A DNA stretch of 64,000 nucleotides, from NCBI GenBank assembly GCA_035310145.1, contig DATGEL010000120.1, forward strand, positions 21,479-85,478. The letters are read 5' to 3'. The position numbers were made by a program, and so were the translations under genes. The notes under the pieces are model-generated. The model was not told where the DNA came from. It saw only the letters and a program-made list of their open reading frames with translations, and made no database searches. Positions 32,587-42,250 of this stretch are shown piece after piece. Each line of letters opens with the position of its first letter. Within the stretch, counting starts at the first letter, position 1. Source of the stretch: Dehalococcoidia bacterium (lineage in GTDB: Bacteria; Chloroflexota; Dehalococcoidia; CAUJGQ01).

Positions 32587-34394
32587 GGCGCCACCGCGTT
32601 CAGCACCGCCGGCAGCAGCGAGCGCAGCCAGGCGGTGAGGTCGTATTCGCGGACGAGCGCGGCGAACGCGCGCCGGCGAATCGCCTCGGCTTGGGCGGCG
32701 CCCGGTCCCGTCGACAGCAGCCAGGTTAACAGGTCGGGCAACTCGGACAGCCGGCAGGCGAGATAGTGCTCGCCAGCCCGCAGGCCCGGCACGGGCGCAC
32801 ACGGTTCCGTCACCACCAGGGCCCGCTGCCAGATGCCGAGATGGACTATGTGCTGCCATGGAAAAGTCGGCACGTCTGATTCGTGCACATGCAGCAAAAT
32901 CTTCGAACGTTGCGCGAGCCCGATTGCCGCCGCTGGATTCAGGGCCGTCGGGACGCCCGCTCGCTGCAGTCCCCCTTCCGGCAGATGCAGGCAGCAGGTG
33001 AATCGGCTGAGGACGAGGCCGCTCTGCGCGAAGAATCGGCGGCGGCGTTCGGTAGGCGCACCGACAAACAACAGATCGAGCGGTCGATCGCTGAAGCGGT
33101 CATCTGCAGCCGGGGCGGCGTGCCGCACCGCGGGCGGCAAGCCTCTGACGGCGAGGATGTCGGGCAGCGCCGACTTCGGCGCGTATGGGGCAAACCGCGG
33201 CAGATACCCCGCCGGCAGAAAGTGGGCGTCGATGCCAAGCGTTTGCAGCGTTTCCGCCGTCTAGAAGCTGCAGTCGAGCACGGCGGCGGCACGGCTGAAC
33301 CAGGTGAGGCTGCGAGCGAACCCAAGCGCATCGAGCGGCGCCACGTTGAACAGCACCGTGCGCGTGAACGGAAACGCCTCGGCCATGGACACGCCCTGAC
33401 CCAGCGTGAAGAACTCGTCTGGAGCGACGACCAGATACGCGCTGAGATCGGGCGGTGGTTGCGATCGCTCGTCCAACAGCAGCGGCGCGATCCCGCAACG
33501 CGAGAGTCCGTCCGCCAGCAGATCGCGCAGCGCAGTGCAGAAGTAATTCCCGTCGCTGCTGGCGAACAGTCCAAACCGGAGCCCTTGCCAGGGGAGGTCC
33601 GCGGCGTTGGCGTCGTCGCGAGGGCGCCCGCGATAGGCGAGGCAGCGTGCCGTTCCTGGATTGAGAGTCACGGCAGACAGCAGCGCTTCGGCATCAGCGT
33701 CGCTCCAGCCACGGCGGCCCTCGGCCAGGCCGCGCTGCACATAGTGCTGCAGAGGGTTACTGTCGCGGGGCAGATCGGGGTGCGCATCGAGGTAGAAACG
33801 GGGATTAAAGAGGCGACCCGGGCCGCGGCCCTCACGAAAGCCATAGCGCAGATAGTGGGTAAGCGGATTCATACCGGCCGCTGCCACGTCGGGGTTGGCG
33901 CGCAAGTACGCGGCGGACTCGAACAGCGGATGCGGCGCGAGGCCGCCGCTGCCGCCGCCCGCAACGAAGTGTTGCAGCAGGGCGTCCCGCGAGTCGGTCT
34001 CCGGTGACACGAGATCGGCGAAAGCCACGCGCAGCCGGCCGGCAGACCCACCGGCGGCGGCGTCCTCGCCTTCGGCCTTCGCGAGCTGCCTACGGTAATA
34101 GGCGGGATCAAAGAGACCGCTCGCGGCGATCTCGGCCGCTTCGTCAGACGTGGGTGCGGCGGACGGGGGCGGTTGCGGTTGCCGCAACGGTGCAGGCGCG
34201 GCGACCTTTGGCGCCCGAACACTGGGCGCTGCCGGTCCGAACGGGCTGGGCAGGCGGCGTACTGCCTCGCGCACCGTGTCGATCGTGGCTCGCGCCGCCC
34301 GGCTGGCTGCCTGTGAGGTGAGGCGCGCCGCAGGGACGGCTGCGGGCCGGGGGGTACGGGCAGACGCTCGTCCGGGGCCTTGCTCGTCGGCACT
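32583..34394 (-). pseudogene. GT1/GT4-like glycosyltransferase with N-terminal NPDV..EGR repeats, interrupted by in-frame TAG at 33261-33263
   Basis: ORFs 33261-34808 and 32583-33140 share one frame; continuous translation ..VLDCSF*TAETLQ..PPAVRH.. bridges GT-B N-domain to C-domain (..DLLFVGAPTERRRRFFAQ..). 5' end placed at internal Met since the ORF 5' part overlaps the divergent FAD oxidase gene. Confidence 0.5.
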
Positions 34395-34541
34395 GCGCAT
34401 ATCTTGTCCGAGCGCGGTCGGCGACCATGCCGATTGTCCGGCGGACCACGCAAGCAAGCGGCGATCACCGGATTGGCGTCGGGCGGATGGATCTCCATCG
34501 GAAGTCGGTGGAACCGTCGCTTGTCCCACTATACTAACGCC

Positions 34542-36062
34542 ATGCCCGTACGCGACGGCCGCGACAACCTGCTCGCCGGCGACCAGACGCCCGCCGTACC
34601 GTCCTCGCCGGCTCGAGTCGCAGGCGCCGCAACAGTCGAGGATCGCGAGCGGCTGCTGGCGGCGCTGCGCGCGGCGATCGGCGGTGAGCGCGTGCTCACG
34701 CAGCCGGAAGCTCTCGCCGCTTTTGCGCGCGACTTCTTGCAGCGCACGCGCGGCGTGCCGGCGTCCGTGCCGGACGGCGAGGCGCCGCTGGCCGTTGTGC
34801 GGCCGCAAAGCACGCAGCAGGTGGCGGCGATCATGCGCGTGCTTGCCCGAGAGCGCGTGCCGCTGGTCGAGTTCGGCGGCGGCACCGGCCTGATGGGCGG
34901 CGTGCGCGTGACGCAGCCCGGCGTGGTGCTCGACACGCGCTCGCTGAACCGGATCATTGCCATCTCAGCCGAGGATCGCACCGCGCATATAGAGGCCGGC
35001 GTCGTGCTTGCCGACCTTGCGACCGCGCTCGCGCCGCACGGCCTGATCGTCGGCCACGACCCCTGGACCTTCCCCATCGCCACGGCCGGCGGCACGCTCT
35101 CAACCAACGGCCTCGGCTACCTGGGCGGCCGCTACGGTTCGATGGGCGACCAGGCGCTCGGCCTCACCGCGGTGCTGGGCGACGGCACGATCGTGCGTAC
35201 GCGCCCGGCGCTGCGCTCCTCGACGGGGCCGCGGCTCCGGGCGCTGTTTGCCGGCGCGGAGGGCGCGCTGGGTGTGATCACCGAGGTCGTGCTGCGCGTG
35301 TTTCCAAAGCCAGAGACCGAGGCGCTGCTGGGCTACCGGTTCGCCGGGTTCGACGAAGGTTACCGCGCGATCCAGGCGCTCTTTGCCGCGGGCTTCAGCC
35401 CCACGGTGATCGACTTCGGCCAGACCTTCTCCGGCGAGCGCAGCGGAGAACGGCTCACCACACCGGCCGGCGAGCCGGGAATCCTCTTCGCCGGCTTTCA
35501 GGGTCTGCGTGAGGAAGTTCGCGCGCTGGTGCGGCGGGCACGAAAGCTGCTGGAGCGGCATGGTGCGGTGCGGCTGCCGCCGGCGCGCTCGCGCCGGTTC
35601 TGGCGCGACCGGCACGTGATCGCGGAGGAGATGCGCCGCCGCCAGCAACAGCCGGCGCAGATGCCGGACTGGCTGCCGGCCGGCGTCTTGTTCGATTTCA
35701 TTCATGTGAGCCTGCCGCCGTCGCATGTACTCGAGTTCAAGGCGCGGGCGGAGCAACTGTTGCTCGGTCGCGGCGTCTCGATCGGCGAGTGGGGTCTGTG
35801 GAACAGCCCGGAGCTGTTCAGCGCCACACTCTTCCGCCGCGCCCGCACCCCGGACGATCGCGAGACGTTTGCCGCCGCAATCGACGCGGCGTTGAGGTTA
35901 GCGCAAGATCTTGACGGCTCGATGGAGTACTGCCACGGCGCGGGACTGCGGCTGGCGGCACTGATGCCGCGCGAACACGGCTCAGGCATGGACCTCCTGC
36001 GCGCGATCAAGCACGCCGCCGATCCGCTCGGCATCCTCAACCCCGGCAAGCTCGGTCTCTGA
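34542..36062 (+). CDS. FAD-binding oxidoreductase (FAD_binding_4 family)
   Basis: 506 aa from ATG 34542; ..VRPQSTQQVAAIMRVLARERVPLVEFGGGTG..; TATACT box 6 nt upstream suggests a leaderless transcript. Confidence 0.75.
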   Translation: MPVRDGRDNLLAGDQTPAVPSSPARVAGAATVEDRERLLAALRAAIGGERVLTQPEALAAFARDFLQRTRGVPASVPDGEAPLAVVRPQSTQQVAAIMRVLARERVPLVEFGGGTGLMGGVRVTQPGVVLDTRSLNRIIAISAEDRTAHIEAGVVLADLATALAPHGLIVGHDPWTFPIATAGGTLSTNGLGYLGGRYGSMGDQALGLTAVLGDGTIVRTRPALRSSTGPRLRALFAGAEGALGVITEVVLRVFPKPETEALLGYRFAGFDEGYRAIQALFAAGFSPTVIDFGQTFSGERSGERLTTPAGEPGILFAGFQGLREEVRALVRRARKLLERHGAVRLPPARSRRFWRDRHVIAEEMRRRQQQPAQMPDWLPAGVLFDFIHVSLPPSHVLEFKARAEQLLLGRGVSIGEWGLWNSPELFSATLFRRARTPDDRETFAAAIDAALRLAQDLDGSMEYCHGAGLRLAALMPREHGSGMDLLRAIKHAADPLGILNPGKLGL

Positions 36063-36872
36063 GCCGCGCTCGTTGGCGGCGACCGCGGTAGACGCGGCCA
36101 GGGTGTCCGCGCCGTTCGTCGCTGTGGAATGCTCCGGCGGAGCTGACACCAGCAGGATTTCGCCAAACAACTCGGGCTGCACGGGAACCAGCACTCGCGC
36201 CTTCACCATCTCCAGCACGGCGAAGAACAGCACGATGATCTCGTCGCGCGAGCGGCATTCGTCGACCAGCCGGGCGAATCGCAGTCGCCCGCCGATCCGC
36301 AGCATGGCCGCGATCTCATGCATCTTCTGGCGCAGACTGAACTGAGGGCGCGCATAGCGCCCCGGCCCGGGCGGCGGCTCGGCGCGGGCGAGGGCGCGGC
36401 CGACGATCGCCGCCATCCGCTCGAGCGTCACCTGGCTGAGACCCGGCAAGGGCGGCACGTCCGGGAGCGGCGCCAGCCGCGGAAAGGCGCGCACCAGCTC
36501 CGCTTCGCGCTCACGCAGTACCGCCGCCGCCTGCTTGAACTGCTGATAGCGGCGCAGCAGCTCCGCCAGGCTCTCGGCATCGGGCTCCGCGTCTTCGCTC
36601 GGCTCAAGCGGCGGCGGCGAGGGCAGCAAGGCGCGTGACTTCAACTCGATCAGCCGGGCGCCGATGGCGACGAAGTCCGCCAGGTCGCGGTGATCGACCT
36701 GCTGCAACTCGCGCATGTAGGCGAGGTATTGGCTCGTAATCGTCACGAGCGAGACGTCGGTGATCTCCAGCCTGGCGGCGTGCACCAACGAGAGCAGCAG
36801 ATCCAGCGGCCCCTCGAACACGTCGAGCGTGACGGAGAAGGGATGATGCCACAGCACCGGCGCGCCCGTCAT
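35982..36872 (-). CDS. scpA: segregation and condensation protein A
   Basis: ..VFEGPLDLLLSLV.. kleisin N-terminal motif; 3' end overlaps convergent FAD oxidase gene. Confidence 0.7.
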   Translation of the reverse strand: MTGAPVLWHHPFSVTLDVFEGPLDLLLSLVHAARLEITDVSLVTITSQYLAYMRELQQVDHRDLADFVAIGARLIELKSRALLPSPPPLEPSEDAEPDAESLAELLRRYQQFKQAAAVLREREAELVRAFPRLAPLPDVPPLPGLSQVTLERMAAIVGRALARAEPPPGPGRYARPQFSLRQKMHEIAAMLRIGGRLRFARLVDECRSRDEIIVLFFAVLEMVKARVLVPVQPELFGEILLVSAPPEHSTATNGADTLAASTAVAANERGSETELAGVEDAERIGGVLDRAQEVHA

Positions 36873-36948
36873 GCGGTTCCTCCGCCGCGAGGGGCAGGCT
36901 CCCGTTTCATGGCGGAAGTATCACACGGATTCGCGCTTCGGCCGCCGC

Positions 36949-38010
36949 TCAAGAGGCCGCCGCTGCCGCCGGCGGGGCCGCGAAGGCCGGCATCACCTCC
37001 TCGGCGAAGAGGCGCAGCGAACGCAGCGCCTGCTCGTGCGTCATGCAGCCGAAGTGAATCTGCACGACGAGGTAATTGCAGCCCGACTGCTCGAAATAGG
37101 CGGCCACCTGCTCGCGAACCCTCGCCGGCGAGCCCACCAGCGCCGTGCCGCGGCCGATCATCAGGTCGATGTCGTCGGTGAAGCCGCGGCCGATCGGCTC
37201 GGCGCCGAAGTCGTGCCAGAGCTTGACCAGCGCGTTGTGGTGCGCCCGCTGCGCCGGCCGTGCCACCTCCAGCGCCGCCTCGTCGGTCTCGGCCACGTAC
37301 AGCTTGTAGTTCGCGCCCACCATCGGTTCGGGCACATGGCCATTGAGTCTCCCCGGCTCGTGCTCGTGCGCCTGCCACGACTCACGGTAGATCGCCGCCT
37401 GCGCGGCGACGCCGTCGGCGCGGCCCGCCAGCACCACGTTCAGGCCATGGCGGCCGGCGAAGCGCAGCCCGTCTTCGGAGGTCGTCGGATACCAGATCGG
37501 CGGATAGGGGCGCTGCGCCGGCCAAACCTCGATCGGCACGCGGTCGTAGCGGTAGAACTGTCCCTTGAAGCTCAGCCGATCGGTGGACATACCCGCGGTG
37601 ATGACCTCCAGCGCCTCGTGGAACTGCTCGCGCGAACGCTCCGGATCGACACCGTGATAAGCCAGCTCGTAGGGCGAGATACCGCGGCCCACACCCAGCT
37701 CGAAGCGGCCGCCGGAGAGCTGGTCGAGCATGCAGATCTCTTCGATCAGGCGCAGTGGGTTATACATGGGCAACAGATAGACCAGCGGGCCGAAGCGCAG
37801 CCGTCGTGTGCGCTGGCTGGCCGCGGCGAGGAAGACGGCCGGCGAGGGCGCGATCGAGAGCGGCGTCTGGTGGTGCTCGGCCAGGTGATAGGTGCGGAAG
37901 CCGGCCGCATCCGCCGCGTCGAGCAGTTGCAGCCGCTCCTCAAAGGTCTGCGCGAGCGGCGCCTCGCGCCGGTCGAGGTGGTCGAAGATGCCGAAGCTCA
38001 CCGCCGTCAT
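36949..38010 (-). CDS. LLM class (luciferase-like) flavin/F420-dependent oxidoreductase
   Basis: 353 aa TIM-barrel LLM family (..HLAEHHQTP..ELGVGRG..). Confidence 0.85.
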   Translation of the reverse strand: MTAVSFGIFDHLDRREAPLAQTFEERLQLLDAADAAGFRTYHLAEHHQTPLSIAPSPAVFLAAASQRTRRLRFGPLVYLLPMYNPLRLIEEICMLDQLSGGRFELGVGRGISPYELAYHGVDPERSREQFHEALEVITAGMSTDRLSFKGQFYRYDRVPIEVWPAQRPYPPIWYPTTSEDGLRFAGRHGLNVVLAGRADGVAAQAAIYRESWQAHEHEPGRLNGHVPEPMVGANYKLYVAETDEAALEVARPAQRAHHNALVKLWHDFGAEPIGRGFTDDIDLMIGRGTALVGSPARVREQVAAYFEQSGCNYLVVQIHFGCMTHEQALRSLRLFAEEVMPAFAAPPAAAAAS

Positions 38011-38124
38011 CGCCGCCTCCGCGCCTACATGGAGCGTTGGGCGCAGTATAGCGCCGTGGCGGATCCGGCGGCTGAGGCGGACGGGCCGCTACACTATGCT
38101 CAGCGCATAGCAGGAGCGACAACG

Positions 38125-38439
38125 ATGACGGTGCTACGCGACCAGCCCGAGATCCTCACCGTCGAGCAGACGGCCGCGCTGCTGCAGGTCAGCAAAGAGA
38201 CGGTCTATCGCTACATCCGCGATGGGGTGCTGCTGGCCTCGCGTATCGGCCGCGGCTATCGCGTGCCCCGTTCAAATATCGAGAGACTGCTCCTAAGCCG
38301 CCGGGTTAGGCGGGATATCCAGCTCCGTGACTACACGGATGAAGAGCTTGACCAGTTCCTGCACGACGATGAATCGACGCTCGAGCAACGAGAAATCGTC
38401 GCGAGGATCCTTCGCAACGCAGAGCGTCGAAGCCGGTGA
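38125..38439 (+). CDS. helix-turn-helix (excisionase/MerR-type) DNA-binding protein, putative antitoxin
   Basis: ..LTVEQTAALLQVSKETVYRYIRDGVLLASRIGRGYRV.. HTH; AGGAG SD; stop overlaps PIN gene start (GTGA). Confidence 0.6.
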   Translation: MTVLRDQPEILTVEQTAALLQVSKETVYRYIRDGVLLASRIGRGYRVPRSNIERLLLSRRVRRDIQLRDYTDEELDQFLHDDESTLEQREIVARILRNAERRSR

Positions 38440-38888
38440 TCGTTGATCGTACGACTGTTGTCTTCTTCGACGCATCAGCGCTCTTTGCGGCAGCACTCTC
38501 ACCGACCGGCGGTGCAGCTCTGATCCTCAGCGTCTGCGAGCGGGGACTACTCATCGGCACGGCTTCTCAGGGAGTGCTCGATGAGACCGAGCGCGATCTT
38601 GAGAATAAGCGACCGGGTCCGGCCTGGTATCGACTCTCCCAGCGGATTACCAGCGGTGCAATTCGCGTACCCACTGAGCCGACTGGCGGCGGCGAGTACC
38701 CGGCCATCAACCAAAAAGACGCTCATGTCTACGCAGCAGCCGTCGCCGCAGGCAGTGATTACCTCATAACTCTCGATAGAGGGCTGATAAGGGAAGCAAA
38801 TACGGCTGCGAAGAGACCGCTGGCGCTATTGCCAGGAGATTTCATCACGAAGCATCTTAAACTCCATCCCGACTACGAGGACATGTAG
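38436..38888 (+). CDS. PIN domain ribonuclease, putative toxin
   Basis: Conserved acidic residues (FFDASAL, ..DAHVYAAA.., ..LDRGL..). Confidence 0.7.
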   Translation: MIVDRTTVVFFDASALFAAALSPTGGAALILSVCERGLLIGTASQGVLDETERDLENKRPGPAWYRLSQRITSGAIRVPTEPTGGGEYPAINQKDAHVYAAAVAAGSDYLITLDRGLIREANTAAKRPLALLPGDFITKHLKLHPDYEDM

Positions 38889-38973
38889 CGCGGCGCAGCC
38901 TCCCGTTGGCAAATGCGGAGGCGAGCGAACCCGTAGTCGATCGGCTTCGCCCGCCTCCTCACTGCCCGTCTGC

Positions 38974-40008
38974 TTATGCTCTCGCGGCGACGCCTGCCAG
39001 CGGGCGGCCGAGGGCGTTGCCGATGCGTCCCAGGCTCTCCATCGTCCTGCAAAAACTCTCGAAGGTGAGCGACTGGGCGCCGTCGCTGAGCGCGTGGTCG
39101 GGATTGGGGTGCACTTCGATGATCACGCCGTCCGCGCCGGCGGCCACCGAAGCCTTCGCCATCGGCTCGACCAGGTACCACTTGCCCGTGCCGTGGCTGG
39201 GGTCACCGATGATCGGCAGGTGCGAGAGCCGTTTGATCAGCGGGATCGCGCTCACGTCCATCGTGTTGCGCGTCGCCGTCTCGAAGGTGCGGATGCCGCG
39301 CTCGCAGAGCATCACCTGGCGGTTGCCCTGGGCGATGATGTACTCGGCGCAGAGCAGCCACTCCTGGATTTCGCCGGAAAGGCCGCGTTTCAGCATCACC
39401 GGCTTCTGCGCGCGGCCGCACTCTTCCAGCAGGTAATAGTTCTGCATGTTGCGGGCGCCGATCTGGAGGATGTCGGCGTACTGCGCGACGAGATCGACGT
39501 CCTCTGGCGTCATCACCTCGGTGATCACGGGCATGCCCGTCTCAAGCGACGCGGCCTTGAGCAGCTTCAGACCCTCTTCGCCCAGTCCGCGGAACTGGTA
39601 GGGCGAAGTCCGCGGCTTGAAGGCGCCGCCGCGCAGCACGTGCGCCCCCGCGGCCTTCACGGCGCGCGCCGTGGACATTAACTGCTCCTCGTTCTCGACT
39701 GAGCAGGGGCCGGCGAAGACCACGATCTCGCCGCCGCCGATGCGCACGCCCTTCACCTCAATCACCGTGTCGGGCGGGTTGAACTCGCGCGACGAGAGCT
39801 TGTACGGCTTACTGATCGGTACGACTTCGTCGACGTTGTTCAGCGTCTCGAACATCGGCCGCAGCTCGGGGTAGGTCTTGCCCACCACGCCCACGACGGT
39901 GCGTTCGGCGCCCTCGATCAGGTGACTGCCGAGTCCCAATTCCTCGATGCGCGCGACGACATGATCGATGTCCTCACGCGTCGCCTCCTGTTTCATGACG
40001 ACGATCAT
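38974..40008 (-). CDS. aroF: 3-deoxy-7-phosphoheptulonate (DAHP) synthase, class I-beta with N-terminal regulatory domain
   Basis: ATG 40008 after GAGGAGG; KDO8P/DAHP synthase family core (..[21 protein letters not shown]..). Confidence 0.85.
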   Translation of the reverse strand: MIVVMKQEATREDIDHVVARIEELGLGSHLIEGAERTVVGVVGKTYPELRPMFETLNNVDEVVPISKPYKLSSREFNPPDTVIEVKGVRIGGGEIVVFAGPCSVENEEQLMSTARAVKAAGAHVLRGGAFKPRTSPYQFRGLGEEGLKLLKAASLETGMPVITEVMTPEDVDLVAQYADILQIGARNMQNYYLLEECGRAQKPVMLKRGLSGEIQEWLLCAEYIIAQGNRQVMLCERGIRTFETATRNTMDVSAIPLIKRLSHLPIIGDPSHGTGKWYLVEPMAKASVAAGADGVIIEVHPNPDHALSDGAQSLTFESFCRTMESLGRIGNALGRPLAGVAARA

Positions 40009-40141
40009 CTCGAGCCTCCTCGCCTCCCCGTGCAGGCCGCCGCTGCGTGCCCTCACGGGCCGTGCGAGCCTGAATTCCATCAGCTTGATGCGGCGCCGCG
40101 ACGCCGCGTCTGCCTATCTGTATGAACGCGAAAGTTCCGCG

Positions 40142-40516
40142 CTACTGCAGGCGGGCCACCAGGTCGGGACGCAGGACGCGGGCGCCGCGGATGTAGACGT
40201 GCGTCACTTCGCGCGCCGACTTCTCGGTGTTGACGTGCAGCAGGATGCGCAGGCACATGCCGAGGCTGCCGGGCACGTCCAGCTCGTGCGCGCAGACGAG
40301 CGGCACTTCCGTCCAGCCCATACGCCGCGCGGCCACGGCCGGAAACTCGGCGTTGAGATCCGTGGTCGTGGTGAAGAGCGCGCTGGCCACGTCGTCTGGA
40401 TCGATGCCGTTGCGCTCGATCATGAGCTGCAACAGCTCGGTGGTCGCGGCCAGGATCTCGTCGCGTGCGTTGCGTTCGACCGTGGTGGCGCCCTTGATGC
40501 CGCGGCATACCGTCAT
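40142..40516 (-). CDS. aroH: chorismate mutase, AroH class
   Basis: 124 aa, near full-length match to monofunctional AroH (..RGIKGATTVERN..RVLRPDL..). Confidence 0.85.
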   Translation of the reverse strand: MTVCRGIKGATTVERNARDEILAATTELLQLMIERNGIDPDDVASALFTTTTDLNAEFPAVAARRMGWTEVPLVCAHELDVPGSLGMCLRILLHVNTEKSAREVTHVYIRGARVLRPDLVARLQ

Positions 40517-40658
40517 GAACCCGCCCCTGTGCAGCGTCGGTGCAGTGTGCGCCGTGCGTCAGGCAGGTCCAAAGACGCCGGCCGCGGAGGCGTCAGCGTA
40601 GGCGCGGCCGGCAGAACCCATGAGCGCCCGCGGCGCCCGGCTCTGCACGGCCGGAACC

Positions 40659-41456
40659 TCAGCTCCTCCTGCGACCGGTGACGACCTCCACATACTCCCG
40701 AACCTTAGCCACGCGCTCGTGAGGCGCAGCGTTATCGATCTGATCGATAATTGCGCTGCCGATGACAGCAGCTTCGCACAGTTGCCCGATGCGCGCAACG
40801 TGCTCCGGCCGCGAGACGCCAAAACCCACTGCGAGCGGTAAACGGATCTGTTCGCGTACGCGGGCGATGAACGCCGGCAGTTCCGCCGGCAGATCGCCGC
40901 GCGCCCCTGTTGTGCCGGCGACGCTGACGCAGTAGACGAAGCCGCTGGCCGCCTTCGCCACGGCGGCAAGGCGATCGGCGCTGCTGGTCGGCGCGACGAG
41001 AAAGATCAGGTCGAGCTCCAGCGGCCGCGTGACCGCCAGGAACTCCTCGGCCTCTTCCGGCGGCAGGTCCACGGCGATGAACCCGTCGATGCCGGCTTCC
41101 GCCGCGGCTCTGGCGAAGGTCTTGAGGCCCGCGGCAAGCCAGGGGTTGTAGTAACCCATCAGCAGCAGCGGCAGCGTCAGACCGCGCTCGCGCAGCCGCC
41201 GCGCCACGTCCAGGCAGGTCCAGGGCGTGACACCCTGCCCCAGCGCCTGCCAGCCGGCGCGCTGGATCGTGGCGCCGTCCGCCAGCGGATCGGAGAAGGG
41301 CACGCCCAGCTCGATCGCGTCCGCGCCGCCCGCGGCCAGCGCCTCTACCAGCTCGACGGTGCTGGCAACGTCTGGATAGCCCGCCGTGATGAATGCCACC
41401 AGCCCGGTGCGGCCCTCGGCCTTCAGCCGCGCGAACGTCGCGGCGATGCGGCTCAT
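40659..41456 (-). CDS. trpA: tryptophan synthase alpha chain
   Basis: GGAGGGG SD; ..GLVAFITAGYPD..IELGVPFSDPLADG.. Confidence 0.9.
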   Translation of the reverse strand: MSRIAATFARLKAEGRTGLVAFITAGYPDVASTVELVEALAAGGADAIELGVPFSDPLADGATIQRAGWQALGQGVTPWTCLDVARRLRERGLTLPLLLMGYYNPWLAAGLKTFARAAAEAGIDGFIAVDLPPEEAEEFLAVTRPLELDLIFLVAPTSSADRLAAVAKAASGFVYCVSVAGTTGARGDLPAELPAFIARVREQIRLPLAVGFGVSRPEHVARIGQLCEAAVIGSAIIDQIDNAAPHERVAKVREYVEVVTGRRRS

Positions 41457-41489
41457 CGATTTCCCCTCCATCACACGGTCGCGCGGGCC

Positions 41490-42242
41490 TCATTTGCCGG
41501 CGAAGGCGATCACAACGCTGACGAGATTGAACAGGCAGTGGGCGCCGATGTTTGCCCAGAGCGTGCCGGCGCGGTAGTAGGTCCAGGCGAGGATCACGCC
41601 GATCACGGTGAAGGGAATGATCAGCGTGCCCTGCTGGTGCGCCAGCGCAAACAGCAGGCCGCTGAGCGAGGCTGCGCCGCTGAAGCCGAGGCGCCGGCGC
41701 AGCCCGTTGAAGATGAAGCCGCGGAAGAACGTCTCCTCCACGATCGGCGCCGCGATCACGGTCAGGAGCGTGGCCAGGGGGATCGTCGCGGCGTGCTCAA
41801 AGATGCCTTGCGGCACATTGTCCTGCGGATAGAGCCAGTGCAGGCCCGGAATCTGCGTGAGGCCGATGTAGCCGAACAGCGCCACATAGGCCAGCACCCA
41901 CGCCGCGAACGTCCATCCGGCCCAGCGGCCCGGCGGCCGCCAGCGGTAGCCCAGCAGGCCGAGCCCGCCGGGGAAGCGGCCGACGCTGAAGCTGAGGGCC
42001 ACGCCGAACAGCGCGGCTTCGAACAGCAGCGTCAGCAGCAGGCTGAGCACGAGGCCGTTGACGGAGTCGGTCGCCGTGCCCGTGCCGCTGACGATGATCG
42101 CAAGGGCTAGGCCCAGCAGCAGGAAGGCGGCAATCACCGCGCCCACCCCCGCCAGGCACTGGCGCCAGTCCCACGGCGGCAGCGGCAACTCGCCGTCGCG
42201 CGGCCGCGGCGCGGGCGTTGGGTCGGATGAATCCTCGCTCAC
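41490..42242 (-). CDS. CPBP (CAAX protease/Abi) family intramembrane metalloprotease
   Basis: GTG start 8 nt after trpB stop; EETFFRG..FALAH..TL.. CPBP motifs; sits between trpB and trpA. Confidence 0.65.
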   Translation of the reverse strand: MSEDSSDPTPAPRPRDGELPLPPWDWRQCLAGVGAVIAAFLLLGLALAIIVSGTGTATDSVNGLVLSLLLTLLFEAALFGVALSFSVGRFPGGLGLLGYRWRPPGRWAGWTFAAWVLAYVALFGYIGLTQIPGLHWLYPQDNVPQGIFEHAATIPLATLLTVIAAPIVEETFFRGFIFNGLRRRLGFSGAASLSGLLFALAHQQGTLIIPFTVIGVILAWTYYRAGTLWANIGAHCLFNLVSVVIAFAGK

Positions 42243-42250
42243 GCCGTGCC

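Noticed and set aside
33141-33260. Treating 32583-33140 as an independent gene starting at TTG
   Set aside because: The 40 codons between the TAG and that TTG read through without stops, and the product is only the C-terminal half of a GT-B fold; a single interrupted gene is more parsimonious.
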